Shown here one piece after another: positions 56,073-64,000 of a DNA stretch of 64,000 nucleotides. The stretch comes from Candidatus Aenigmatarchaeota archaeon. Its GTDB lineage: Archaea; Aenigmatarchaeota; Aenigmatarchaeia; GW2011-AR5. Both the position numbers and the translations under genes were made by a program. The stretch covers positions 384,001-448,000 of the forward strand of contig JACPJW010000001.1 in the NCBI GenBank assembly GCA_016187335.1. The letters run 5' to 3'. Position 1 is the stretch's first letter. The number at the start of each line of letters is the position of its first letter. Under the pieces are notes generated by a model, which searched no databases, was not told the origin of the DNA, and saw nothing but the letters and a program-made list of their open reading frames with translations.

Positions 56073-59000
56073 TTACTTTATTTTCTTTATCTCTATACCT
56101 ATTTTCCTGCCTTCAAAGTCCAGTTTTTCCCCTTCCGCCTTCGCGAACACGACCTTCGCCGCCCCCACTTCGTTCTTTATTTCTTTTTCCCATTTCTTCA
56201 GTTCCCCGGCCCCTTCTATTTTCAAGGCAATTTTGTCCATGACAACAAGCCCTGATTTCTTGCGCATATCCTGCACTTTTCTGACAACCTCGCGGAGCAG
56301 GGCCTCTTTTTTCAGCTCGTCGGTGAGCAGCGTGTCCAGTTCCAGCTTGCCGCCGTCAAAGGGAACGCCATTGTTCGTGTTTGCAAAAACAGCGGCTTTG
56401 ACATTGCACATATTCTTTATTATTTCTGCAAAAGGCTTGAGATTCTCTTTGCTGTCCACTGTAAGCTTTGCCAGGGGCCACCTTATTTTTATGTTGCTTT
56501 CATGCCTTTGCGAGTTGGATGCTTCGACAAGGTTTTTTACGATATTCATGGCTTTCTCCGCCTTTGCGCTGATGTATTTTGAATCGTACTTAGGCCAGTC
56601 CCTGGTATGCACGGATTCCTTTTCGCCGAGGATTTCGAGGTTTATCTGCTCGGCGAGATACGGCGTTATAGGCGCTAAAAGCTGCGATGTTTTTTCTGCT
56701 ATCTCGTATAAGGTGTAAAAGGCCGCTTCCTTGTCTTTCCCTGAATACGCCGGCCATACGCGGTCCCGGATCAGCTTTATGTACCACCTTGAAAAGTCGT
56801 TTACTAGGAAATCATGCAGCTCTGTTACGGCCTTGTGGCCGTTGTAGCTGCAGAAATGCTGGGTGCAGTTCTTTATGGTGGTGTTCAGGCGCGAAAGAAT
56901 CCATTTGTCCTCTATATTCAGTTTTTTTGGCATTGAACCGCTTGACGCGTCGGTCTGTTTCGGTTTTGTTGCGTAGGTCTTCACGAAATTAAAGCTGTTT
57001 TCTATCACAATAAGAGACCTCGCAATGGCTTCAACGTCCGGCCACTTGAAGTAGAAGTCATCCCACGGCGCGCTTGACAGCAGATAGAAGCGAAGCACGT
57101 CCCGGCCGTATTTTTTTATAATGTCCTCCGGCTCGACAATATTTCCTTTGCTCTTTGACATTTTCACGCCGTGAGCGTCAAGTATGAAGCCGTGGAAAAG
57201 TATGTTCGTGAAGGGCTTCTCATCAAATGTTATTACCGACGTTATCAGCTCGGCGTTCCACCAGCCTCTGATTTGATCCGGGCCTTCTGTCTGGAAGTCG
57301 CTTGGCCACAGTTTCTTGAACAACGCCTTGTTTTTCGGGTAGCCGAGGGATGCCCATCCGGCAAGGCCGGCGTCAAACCAGACATCAAGGACATCGGCTA
57401 TCCGTTTCATCGCAGAGCCGCACCTGCATTTCAAAAAAACGTTATCAATGTAAGGCCTGTGCAAATCACGGGGTATTTCCGGCAATTCGTCAGCGGAGCC
57501 GATGACCTTGACGCTTTCGCATTTCTCGCATATCCATATCGGCAGCGGTATGCCCCAGTAGCGCTGCCTTGATATAGGCCAGTCGCCGAGGTTTTCAAGC
57601 CAGTTGTTGAACCGTTGCTTTGCCCATTCAGGGTACCAGTTCACATTCTTGTTTTCCTTGATGAGCTTGTCCCTTATCTTCGTCACGCGGAAGAACCACT
57701 GCGACACGGATATCAGCAGCAGGGGAGTGCTGCAGCGCCAGCATTGCGGGTAGTCGTGCGTTATCGTTTCCTCCTTCAGCAGCAGGTCTTTTTCCTTCAG
57801 CAGTTCAATTATTTTTTTGTCGCTTGCCTTGACAGGATTTCCAGCAAAAGCACCGCATTTCTCGTCAAAAGTGCCGTTGATTTTCACCGGAGATATTATG
57901 GGCAATTTGTTTTCCAGACCGACTTTGTAGTCCTCCTGTCCGTGCCCGGGGGCGGTGTGGACAAGCCCGGTGCCGTCTTCCATGCTCACGTACTGCTCTG
58001 AAAGCACAACCTTGTGCGCGCCTTTGAGCTGCTGCTGGAATGTAAAAATGTCCCGGAGCGGATGCTCGTATTCTGTCCCAGCCAGCTTTTTTCCGGGAAA
58101 CGTTTCCACAATGCTGAATGGCAGTCCGGCTTTCTTCATAACAGCTTCAAGAAGCGGCTTTGCCAGGATAAGAAATTCAGTTCCACCAGAACTTTCCACC
58201 ATTACCTTGACATATTCGTGCTTCGGATGCGCCATGATGCCTGTATTAGCTGGTAACGTCCACGGCGTTGTCGTCCATATGACCAGGAACACGTTTTCTT
58301 GTCCTTTCACCGGAAACTTAACATAAATAGAAGGGTCCTTGGCTTTGCTGTATTCTATTTCGTTGTACGCAACGGCTGTTTCGCAATTATGTGTCAAGAA
58401 GCCGTTAGTTATAAAGTTGTGATGAGTTTCAACTGCTATATCACATACTTTCCGTTTCCCCTTATATTTTATAGAATTTATTTCATCCCAAATAAATCCG
58501 TCTCTGAGGTCTTTTGCAGCATTTTTTAACCATGCATCGAATGCAGGGGTATATTTGGCAGCACGAACTGACTTAGACTTGCCATAAACCACATGCCTTA
58601 CATAAAGTTCAGGTAAGTTAAGCATAATTGCGATTTTGCTGCAAGGGATCTTAGAATGTCTTAGTGATAAGATCCTACCTTTCAATTTTCTGTATTGTTT
58701 CTCAAGTGATTTTTTGTACAGAAGATAGCCCAAAACATGCGAAGCCCTGATTTTTCTGTATTTACAGTACTCGTATCCTAAATACCGTATGAATTTAATG
58801 AGGTTGTAATCGTTGCAATCTATACTGATAGTGGTCTTCGATTTTTCTATTTTATTAACAATATTTCTTTCTGTTTTTATTTCTCCTGTCGATACCCCAA
58901 ACTTATTGATAAGCGCGCATATCTGTTTTGCAAATTCCATCCCGTTTTCTTCTAGATGTCTATTTTTTGTAAGGTAAAGCCTCAGGCATTCAAATCCCTT

Positions 59001-60590
59001 TCCATATTTTCTGGGGCTTATTATCTGGAGTTCGCTTCCGAAGTAAGATGCCAAAAATTCCCTTGTTAATTTTTTATTGGACTTTATCCATTTTGGCACA
59101 AATGTCTTTGTTTCCGTCTTTTTTCCTATAGGACAGCCTAGCGTTATAAGCAAAACAGCCAAAGACAAAGAATAACATCTCATGGATGTTGTAAATCCCT
59201 TTATTGCTCTGCCATTTACGACAGATTTAGTTGGCACGGTTGAAATATCCGAATGGCTAAAGCCAAGAATCTTTAGGTCTTTTTGGATTTCTTTTAAATC
59301 TTCCTCTTTTCCGCAGAAATCTATGCCAAATACCGGGAATTTTCTGTTTTTAGATGTACGTACAACAATAGATCCATCACCAAAAATATGACCTGCCAAT
59401 CTGGCTAAAATAAATGATTTTGTAGATTTACTGTGAAGAGGTATCAGTTCTTTATCTTTCAATTCATTTATTATAGAATCGTAGCGCGTAAACGTATTTA
59501 CTTTTAAAATTTTTGCTACCCATGATTTTGAAACTCTTATTTTGAAGGCGTTTTGTATTTCTTTAATAATTTTAGTATATGAATAGTTATTTTTTCTAAG
59601 TTCGGCAACAAAGTTCTTAATTTTAATTTTCGAATGACTTGTAAGGTCGTTAAATTTATGCAGATCTCTGAAAACTATATTTTCTAAGTTCTGCAAAGTA
59701 AACATTACATTATTCTCATTTACAAGAGCTTTGCCTGTTTCCGTAATTTCCGGCAGTCTGCTTTCCACATTATTATATACGGCCACTTTGGTTCCTATTC
59801 TGAGCTTAGAAAGAGTCATCCATCCATCTTGCGTCCAGAACGGATGATCACTCGAAGCGATTAGTTTCTTTCCTGTTAGCGTTTTTACAAGAAATACATT
59901 ATCTTCCAATTCCACATAGCCCAGAGGTTTTGCCGTAGTTAGAAGTTTAGAATTAGTATCAACAGCTACAACCGTGTTGTGTTTCCAGCAGCCTTTCAGT
60001 TCTCCTATTTTTCTTGTTCCCCCTTCAACAAGAATAGTAGAATTAGGATCAACGCATCTCGGGCATACATGCACCGGATAAAGACCCTTGTAGAGCAGTC
60101 CCTTGTCGTAAGCGGTCTTGAACGTGTGCCACGCGCCCTCTATGTACTCGTTGTTGTACGTTATGTAAGGGTTGTCCCAGTCCATCCACACGCCAAGATT
60201 CAGGAACTGGTTATTCATGACAGAAATGAACTGGCTGACGAACGCCCTGCATTCCTTGTTGAATCTCTCGACGCCTAGCCTTTCTATATCAGCCTTTGAT
60301 TTTATCTCCAGTTTTTGCTCGACCTTGTTTTCTATCGGCAGCCCGTGGGTGTCGTAGCCCGGCTGGTCCCATACGTCGAAGCCGGACATGCGCCAGAATC
60401 GGATGTAGCTATCCTTCAATATTTTGTTCCAGGCAGTGCCTATGTGTATGTAGCCCGTGGCGTAAGGCGGGCCGTCAAGGAAGTAGAATTTCTTCTTTCC
60501 TTTTCTTTTTGTCTTGGCCTTCTGGTAAATGCCGTCTTTTGCCCAGAACTCGGCGATTTCTTCTTCTTTTTTCTTGCGGCTTTCTATCAT
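56073..60590 (-). CDS. ileS: Isoleucyl-tRNA synthetase, intein-containing
   Basis: DGPPYATGYIHIG, WTTTPWTLP, GTGLVHTAPGHG, ISRQRYWG, KMSKS. Confidence 0.96.
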   Translation of the reverse strand: MIESRKKKEEEIAEFWAKDGIYQKAKTKRKGKKKFYFLDGPPYATGYIHIGTAWNKILKDSYIRFWRMSGFDVWDQPGYDTHGLPIENKVEQKLEIKSKADIERLGVERFNKECRAFVSQFISVMNNQFLNLGVWMDWDNPYITYNNEYIEGAWHTFKTAYDKGLLYKGLYPVHVCPRCVDPNSTILVEGGTRKIGELKGCWKHNTVVAVDTNSKLLTTAKPLGYVELEDNVFLVKTLTGKKLIASSDHPFWTQDGWMTLSKLRIGTKVAVYNNVESRLPEITETGKALVNENNVMFTLQNLENIVFRDLHKFNDLTSHSKIKIKNFVAELRKNNYSYTKIIKEIQNAFKIRVSKSWVAKILKVNTFTRYDSIINELKDKELIPLHSKSTKSFILARLAGHIFGDGSIVVRTSKNRKFPVFGIDFCGKEEDLKEIQKDLKILGFSHSDISTVPTKSVVNGRAIKGFTTSMRCYSLSLAVLLITLGCPIGKKTETKTFVPKWIKSNKKLTREFLASYFGSELQIISPRKYGKGFECLRLYLTKNRHLEENGMEFAKQICALINKFGVSTGEIKTERNIVNKIEKSKTTISIDCNDYNLIKFIRYLGYEYCKYRKIRASHVLGYLLYKKSLEKQYRKLKGRILSLRHSKIPCSKIAIMLNLPELYVRHVVYGKSKSVRAAKYTPAFDAWLKNAAKDLRDGFIWDEINSIKYKGKRKVCDIAVETHHNFITNGFLTHNCETAVAYNEIEYSKAKDPSIYVKFPVKGQENVFLVIWTTTPWTLPANTGIMAHPKHEYVKVMVESSGGTEFLILAKPLLEAVMKKAGLPFSIVETFPGKKLAGTEYEHPLRDIFTFQQQLKGAHKVVLSEQYVSMEDGTGLVHTAPGHGQEDYKVGLENKLPIISPVKINGTFDEKCGAFAGNPVKASDKKIIELLKEKDLLLKEETITHDYPQCWRCSTPLLLISVSQWFFRVTKIRDKLIKENKNVNWYPEWAKQRFNNWLENLGDWPISRQRYWGIPLPIWICEKCESVKVIGSADELPEIPRDLHRPYIDNVFLKCRCGSAMKRIADVLDVWFDAGLAGWASLGYPKNKALFKKLWPSDFQTEGPDQIRGWWNAELITSVITFDEKPFTNILFHGFILDAHGVKMSKSKGNIVEPEDIIKKYGRDVLRFYLLSSAPWDDFYFKWPDVEAIARSLIVIENSFNFVKTYATKPKQTDASSGSMPKKLNIEDKWILSRLNTTIKNCTQHFCSYNGHKAVTELHDFLVNDFSRWYIKLIRDRVWPAYSGKDKEAAFYTLYEIAEKTSQLLAPITPYLAEQINLEILGEKESVHTRDWPKYDSKYISAKAEKAMNIVKNLVEASNSQRHESNIKIRWPLAKLTVDSKENLKPFAEIIKNMCNVKAAVFANTNNGVPFDGGKLELDTLLTDELKKEALLREVVRKVQDMRKKSGLVVMDKIALKIEGAGELKKWEKEIKNEVGAAKVVFAKAEGEKLDFEGRKIGIEIKKIK
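58386..60056 (-). mobile_element. Intein (557 aa) with LAGLIDADG endonuclease in IleRS
   Basis: VCPR|CVDPNST...GFLTHN|CETAV; ASSDHPFWT block B; LAGHIFGDGS; AT-rich. Confidence 0.94.
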
Positions 60591-60769
60591 CGTTGAACAC
60601 CGGAAAATACCATAACGGAAAGAAAAGGGAAATCCCAGGCATAACCTTTCTTTTCCGCCTTAATTACCCTTTTAAACCTAACTCTGTTGCTTAATTTTTT
60701 AAGCATTGAATGGTACTCTTATTAATCAAAGCCAGTGAGGTCATGTAGTCAGTTCTCGATGGTGCTTTC

Positions 60770-61207
60770 ATGACAGAATGCGAAATGTGCGGCTGGAACG
60801 GCGATTTGGTCAGGGCCAACGTCGAGGGCACGATCCTGAGGGTCTGCAAAAAATGCTCCGTCCTGGGCGCAAAAATGGAAGAAGCGAAAACGGAGCAGAA
60901 GCCGCTGAGTTTAGCCAGAAAGATGGAAATCTCCGAATTCGTGCCGGATTTTGCCGAGAAAATAAGGCACGCCAGGGAGTCAGCAGGAATGAACAAAAGC
61001 GACCTGGCGCGCAGGATTGGCGTGAGCCCGTCATTGCTGTCGCGCATCGAGAAGGGCATGCGCCCTACCGATGCTTTGGCAAGAAAGCTGGAAAAAGAGC
61101 TGAAGATAGGCTTGTTCTACACGGACACATTGACCACGGTAAAGGCGGAAAGAACGCCTGAAGTAACCCTAGGCGACGTCGTTGAGCTGAGGATAAGGAA
61201 GAAGTAG
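60770..61207 (+). CDS. mbf1: Archaeal multiprotein bridging factor aMBF1
   Basis: CEMCG...VCKKC Zn ribbon, cro-HTH, TLGDVV. Confidence 0.92.
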   Translation: MTECEMCGWNGDLVRANVEGTILRVCKKCSVLGAKMEEAKTEQKPLSLARKMEISEFVPDFAEKIRHARESAGMNKSDLARRIGVSPSLLSRIEKGMRPTDALARKLEKELKIGLFYTDTLTTVKAERTPEVTLGDVVELRIRKK

Positions 61208-61324
61208 TTTTTTCTAAAGCGGACATTCCATTTCCGATGGTTATCCCACGTTTTCTTATTTAAGTCTTGGCAAATTATTAGCAAAAGCAAACTGACTGAT
61301 ACACTTTGTACGTCAGTCAGGAAT

Positions 61325-61499
61325 GGCCATTAAGAATCGGCATTGCTGGTAATGACTTAATCATGGCCGCCATGGTGTAGAAAGCCCTTTTTGACGCTTC
61401 GCTTATCAAAAAGCGCTTGCGGAAATAATTAGGGTTTGCAAATTGGTAGCATCGGAGCCTGTGGAGCTCCTTGGCTGGGTTCGAATCCCAGTGGCGGCC
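61325..61499 (+). tRNA. tRNA-His(GUG) with 63-nt intron at 15/16 (61381-61443) and a probable 40-nt intron at 2/3 (61328-61367); without the latter the gene starts at 61365
   Basis: Encoded G-1 opposite C73; acceptor GCCGCCA/TGGCGGC; anticodon arm GGAGC-CTGTGGA-GCTCC; helix GTGT/GCAA with AG^A and AT^T bulges. Confidence 0.9.
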
Positions 61500-61529
61500 C
61501 TAAATTATTGTTATGATTAAGAAAATAAT

Positions 61530-62417
61530 TCAATAACATAAATTCAAGCCAAGATGTCTGTCCAACTGTTCTTTTGCCATTCTTTGTTCTCTGTTGTTAA
61601 GATGCCAATATCGAAATGATTCTCTACGACAAAGATCCGTTCCTTCGTAGCATTCCAATAAATGCGGATACCCTGCGCCTATTATTCTCGGCTTCCCACC
61701 GTATTGGGAAGCCACGATTATTGGCGTGTCAAGGCTGTTTGGCGACAAGTTTGCAGGATAGAAAGTGATGTGCATTTTTGCCGGGTCAAATTCGAAATAG
61801 GGCACTATGGTAAATCCATTTCTCTTGTAATCAAGCTCTACAGGCCTTTGTTGTGCTCTTTTCCCCCGTCGCCTCAATCCTTCGACAAGATTTCTGTAAA
61901 ACTTGGAAGTTTTTACAGGCGATGCCAACAGTGGCATGTTTGCACTCTTAACATATCCGCTTGGTGTATCATAATTTGGTTCGATTTCACCAAAGCGGAA
62001 GGAATACCAGAAGAAGTGCTTACCGGTAGTTTCTACTGCAATGCCTCTTATGTGAGGAGTTTCATAAGATGATGGCGGAAAGCCAAATTCATCCCTTCCT
62101 GAAATATCTAGTCGGGGCCAATGAGATGCCGGCTTAACAGAAATAAAACATGGGACATTCAATCCATCTATATTGACGTCTCTGACCAATATAGGAACAT
62201 CATTTCTTGTCCACAGGCGAAATTCCTTCTCATCTTTATCCCCACGTCTGTTAATGAATACATGCCACTTAACTGTTGTCAGGCCTGCGCTGAATTCATC
62301 TTCTGTAAAAATTCGCCTTCCTTCAAAACCAAGCTGCCACCAGAATAAGTACCTTTTGTCTATTATCTTTTCCCCATCTAGTTTGTCAACTAGGCTTCTG
62401 TCAATCATATATAACAA
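61530..62417 (-). CDS. Hypothetical protein (AT-rich, orphan-like)
   Basis: 295-aa ORF convergent with tRNA-His. Confidence 0.6.
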   Translation of the reverse strand: MLYMIDRSLVDKLDGEKIIDKRYLFWWQLGFEGRRIFTEDEFSAGLTTVKWHVFINRRGDKDEKEFRLWTRNDVPILVRDVNIDGLNVPCFISVKPASHWPRLDISGRDEFGFPPSSYETPHIRGIAVETTGKHFFWYSFRFGEIEPNYDTPSGYVKSANMPLLASPVKTSKFYRNLVEGLRRRGKRAQQRPVELDYKRNGFTIVPYFEFDPAKMHITFYPANLSPNSLDTPIIVASQYGGKPRIIGAGYPHLLECYEGTDLCRRESFRYWHLNNREQRMAKEQLDRHLGLNLCY

Positions 62418-62469
62418 GAATCAGGAAAATATTTAGCTGTAAAATAAACCACAGAAAATAAAATCAGCC

Positions 62470-62745
62470 CTATCCAGTCCTCTTTATCACGTGCCAGCCG
62501 AACTCGGTTTTCACGGGCTGGGAAATCTGGTCCTTTTCCAGAGCGAATGCAGCCATCTCGAACGTCCTGACCATCATGCCCCTTCCAAAAGAACCAAGGT
62601 CTCCGCCATGCTTTCTTGACGGGCATAAAGAATGCTGCTGCGCAAGCTCCGCGAAGCTCTCGCCTTTCTTGATCTTGTCAAGGATAAGCTTTACTTCCTG
62701 CTCAGTTTTCACAAGGATGTGCGAGCATCGCACTTGGGATGGCAT
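62470..62745 (-). CDS. ppiC: Parvulin-type peptidyl-prolyl isomerase
   Basis: CSHILVK, SLCPS, GGDLG.FGRGMMV, TEFGWHVI. Confidence 0.95.
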   Translation of the reverse strand: MPSQVRCSHILVKTEQEVKLILDKIKKGESFAELAQQHSLCPSRKHGGDLGSFGRGMMVRTFEMAAFALEKDQISQPVKTEFGWHVIKRTG

Positions 62746-62811
62746 CGTTCAATTTACCCACAAAAACTTTATATATTTCTTAGTAGGTTAATACAGACGG
62801 TGACAGAATGA

Positions 62812-63039
62812 CCGGCTCAAGAAGGGATCTACTTCACTCGGCGCAGGAAGCGCGGTTCAGTTAGTTTACTTAATTCTCAAAACAGGTTTTCTGTCACCAT
62901 TGATGACCGCGGAAGGATATTCATCCCGGCAGAGATACGAAGGTCTTTCGGAATGACCGCAGGCGAGACGCTGTTCCTTTACCCGATTACTTCTGAGAAT
63001 GCTGTTTTGATTAAGAGAGGTGTTGGAAATGCTAAATGA
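62812..63039 (+). CDS. AbrB/MazE/SpoVT-family DNA-binding domain lacking an in-frame standard start codon
   Basis: Hand translation FSVTIDDRGRIFIPAEIRRSFGMTAGETLFL; the upstream ATG at 62808 is in a different frame. Confidence 0.65.
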   Translation, partial: PAQEGIYFTRRRKRGSVSLLNSQNRFSVTIDDRGRIFIPAEIRRSFGMTAGETLFLYPITSENAVLIKRGVGNAK

Positions 63040-63664
63040 TTGTCTACTTTTCATATTCGATCTTGATGGAACGCTGTATTCTAAGGATAGGGAAAAAAAT
63101 TACTACAGAGAGCTTCAAAAATTGAGGAAAAGATTCATTGCTAAAACATTAGGCGTACCATTGAAAGAAGCGGATAGAATTCTTGCAGGTCTAATCAGCA
63201 ATTATGGTGAAAATATAGATATCACCTTAGAAACCGAATATGGTGTACCAAAGCCGAGATACTATGCAGAAACTGCAGGTTCTGTTCCTGTTGAAGACAT
63301 AATTTCTTATGACCCAAAACTACGTTGCATCTTATGTCAAATAGACTCTACGAAATCTGTTTTGACAAATGCACCTAGTGTCTGGGCAGAAAAAGCGATA
63401 GGACAGCTAGGAATTGCAGACCAGTTTGGCTTGGTAATGACATGTGATGACGGCATCGTAAAGCCGCAGGAAGAAGCCTTTCTAAGGGTATGCAGAGGCG
63501 CCGCTGTGGAACCAAAAAGAGCCATTGCCGTAGGAGATAACCCTCAACGGGACTTATACGTTCCAAGAAAGCTCGGGATGAAAACTGTTTCTGTGGGTGT
63601 TTTTGACACAAATGCAGATTTCTTCATAGATTCCATTTACGGGTTGCCAGAAATTTTGAGGTGA
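63029..63664 (+). CDS. HAD-superfamily hydrolase (nucleotidase-like)
   Basis: FDLDGTLY, LTNA, KPQEEAF, VGDNPQRD; GAGGTG site upstream. Confidence 0.9.
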   Translation: MLNDCLLFIFDLDGTLYSKDREKNYYRELQKLRKRFIAKTLGVPLKEADRILAGLISNYGENIDITLETEYGVPKPRYYAETAGSVPVEDIISYDPKLRCILCQIDSTKSVLTNAPSVWAEKAIGQLGIADQFGLVMTCDDGIVKPQEEAFLRVCRGAAVEPKRAIAVGDNPQRDLYVPRKLGMKTVSVGVFDTNADFFIDSIYGLPEILR

Positions 63665-63673
63665 TAGTCATGG

Positions 63674-64000
63674 GTGAATTACTTCATCGGCGAGAAAGTT
63701 GAAGGCAGTATCTTTGTGCTAGATGACGCAAAGCCTTTTGGGATAAAGTTTCCAGATGATTACGAAAAACTGCTCAGAAAAAATAACGGCACTCTGAGAG
63801 TCATTGATGCAGAAGAGCTTACTTTTTACTTGATGTATTTTATGGAAACATCAACTGGGCAGAAGCCTGTTACCCTTATAGGAAAGGGCGGTGCATTGAC
63901 AGGAGTTCTTCTGAGGCGCAGAGGATTCTCAAAACAAATGAGTTTTGCGGATGTTGAAAGGACTTACAGCAGCGATGGAAATGGTACGAAGATAAACTAC
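63674..64000 (+). CDS. Partial hypothetical protein running off the window (possibly PRTase-like)
   Basis: Open frame from GTG: MNYFIGEKVEG...LIGKGGALTGVLL...; GAGGTGA upstream. Confidence 0.5.
   Translation, partial: MNYFIGEKVEGSIFVLDDAKPFGIKFPDDYEKLLRKNNGTLRVIDAEELTFYLMYFMETSTGQKPVTLIGKGGALTGVLLRRRGFSKQMSFADVERTYSSDGNGTKINY

Noticed and set aside
61278-61321. Riboswitch-like GCAAA plus CTGACTGA/TCAGTCAG hairpin upstream of tRNA-His
   Set aside because: Lacks the GACGCAAAG half of the c-di-GMP-I motif and forms no BHB; treated as a simple leader hairpin.

Overview
Archaeal chromosomal segment, most likely DPANN (Aenigmarchaeota-like; this placement is inferred from gene content, compact gene packing and tRNA style). 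Housekeeping content: AlaRS, LeuRS, PheRS alpha/beta, GlyRS, IleRS, the ftsZ-secE-spt5-L11-L1-L10-L12 cluster, Topo VI A/B, thermosome, Nop5/fibrillarin, a type IV pilus locus, a mevalonate (MVD-HAD-MVK-PMVK) cluster and the tRNA splicing endonuclease. Top6A and IleRS each carry a large LAGLIDADG intein. The most striking feature is the tRNA set. All seven tRNA genes (Gln, Arg, Phe, Asn, Ile-UAU, Val, His) are interrupted, by 12 clear introns plus 1 probable one, and only one intron is at the canonical 37/38 site. Each intron is bounded by a bulge-helix-bulge (BHB)-type motif that I checked by hand. Several introns are built from the same short palindromic repeat family that occurs throughout the intergenic DNA. 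Both tRNAs with a 59/60 intron have C55 in place of the near-invariant U55. The endonuclease encoded here has Ala at the canonical catalytic Lys position and a Lys-rich loop insertion. All calls are by eye; no searches were run.
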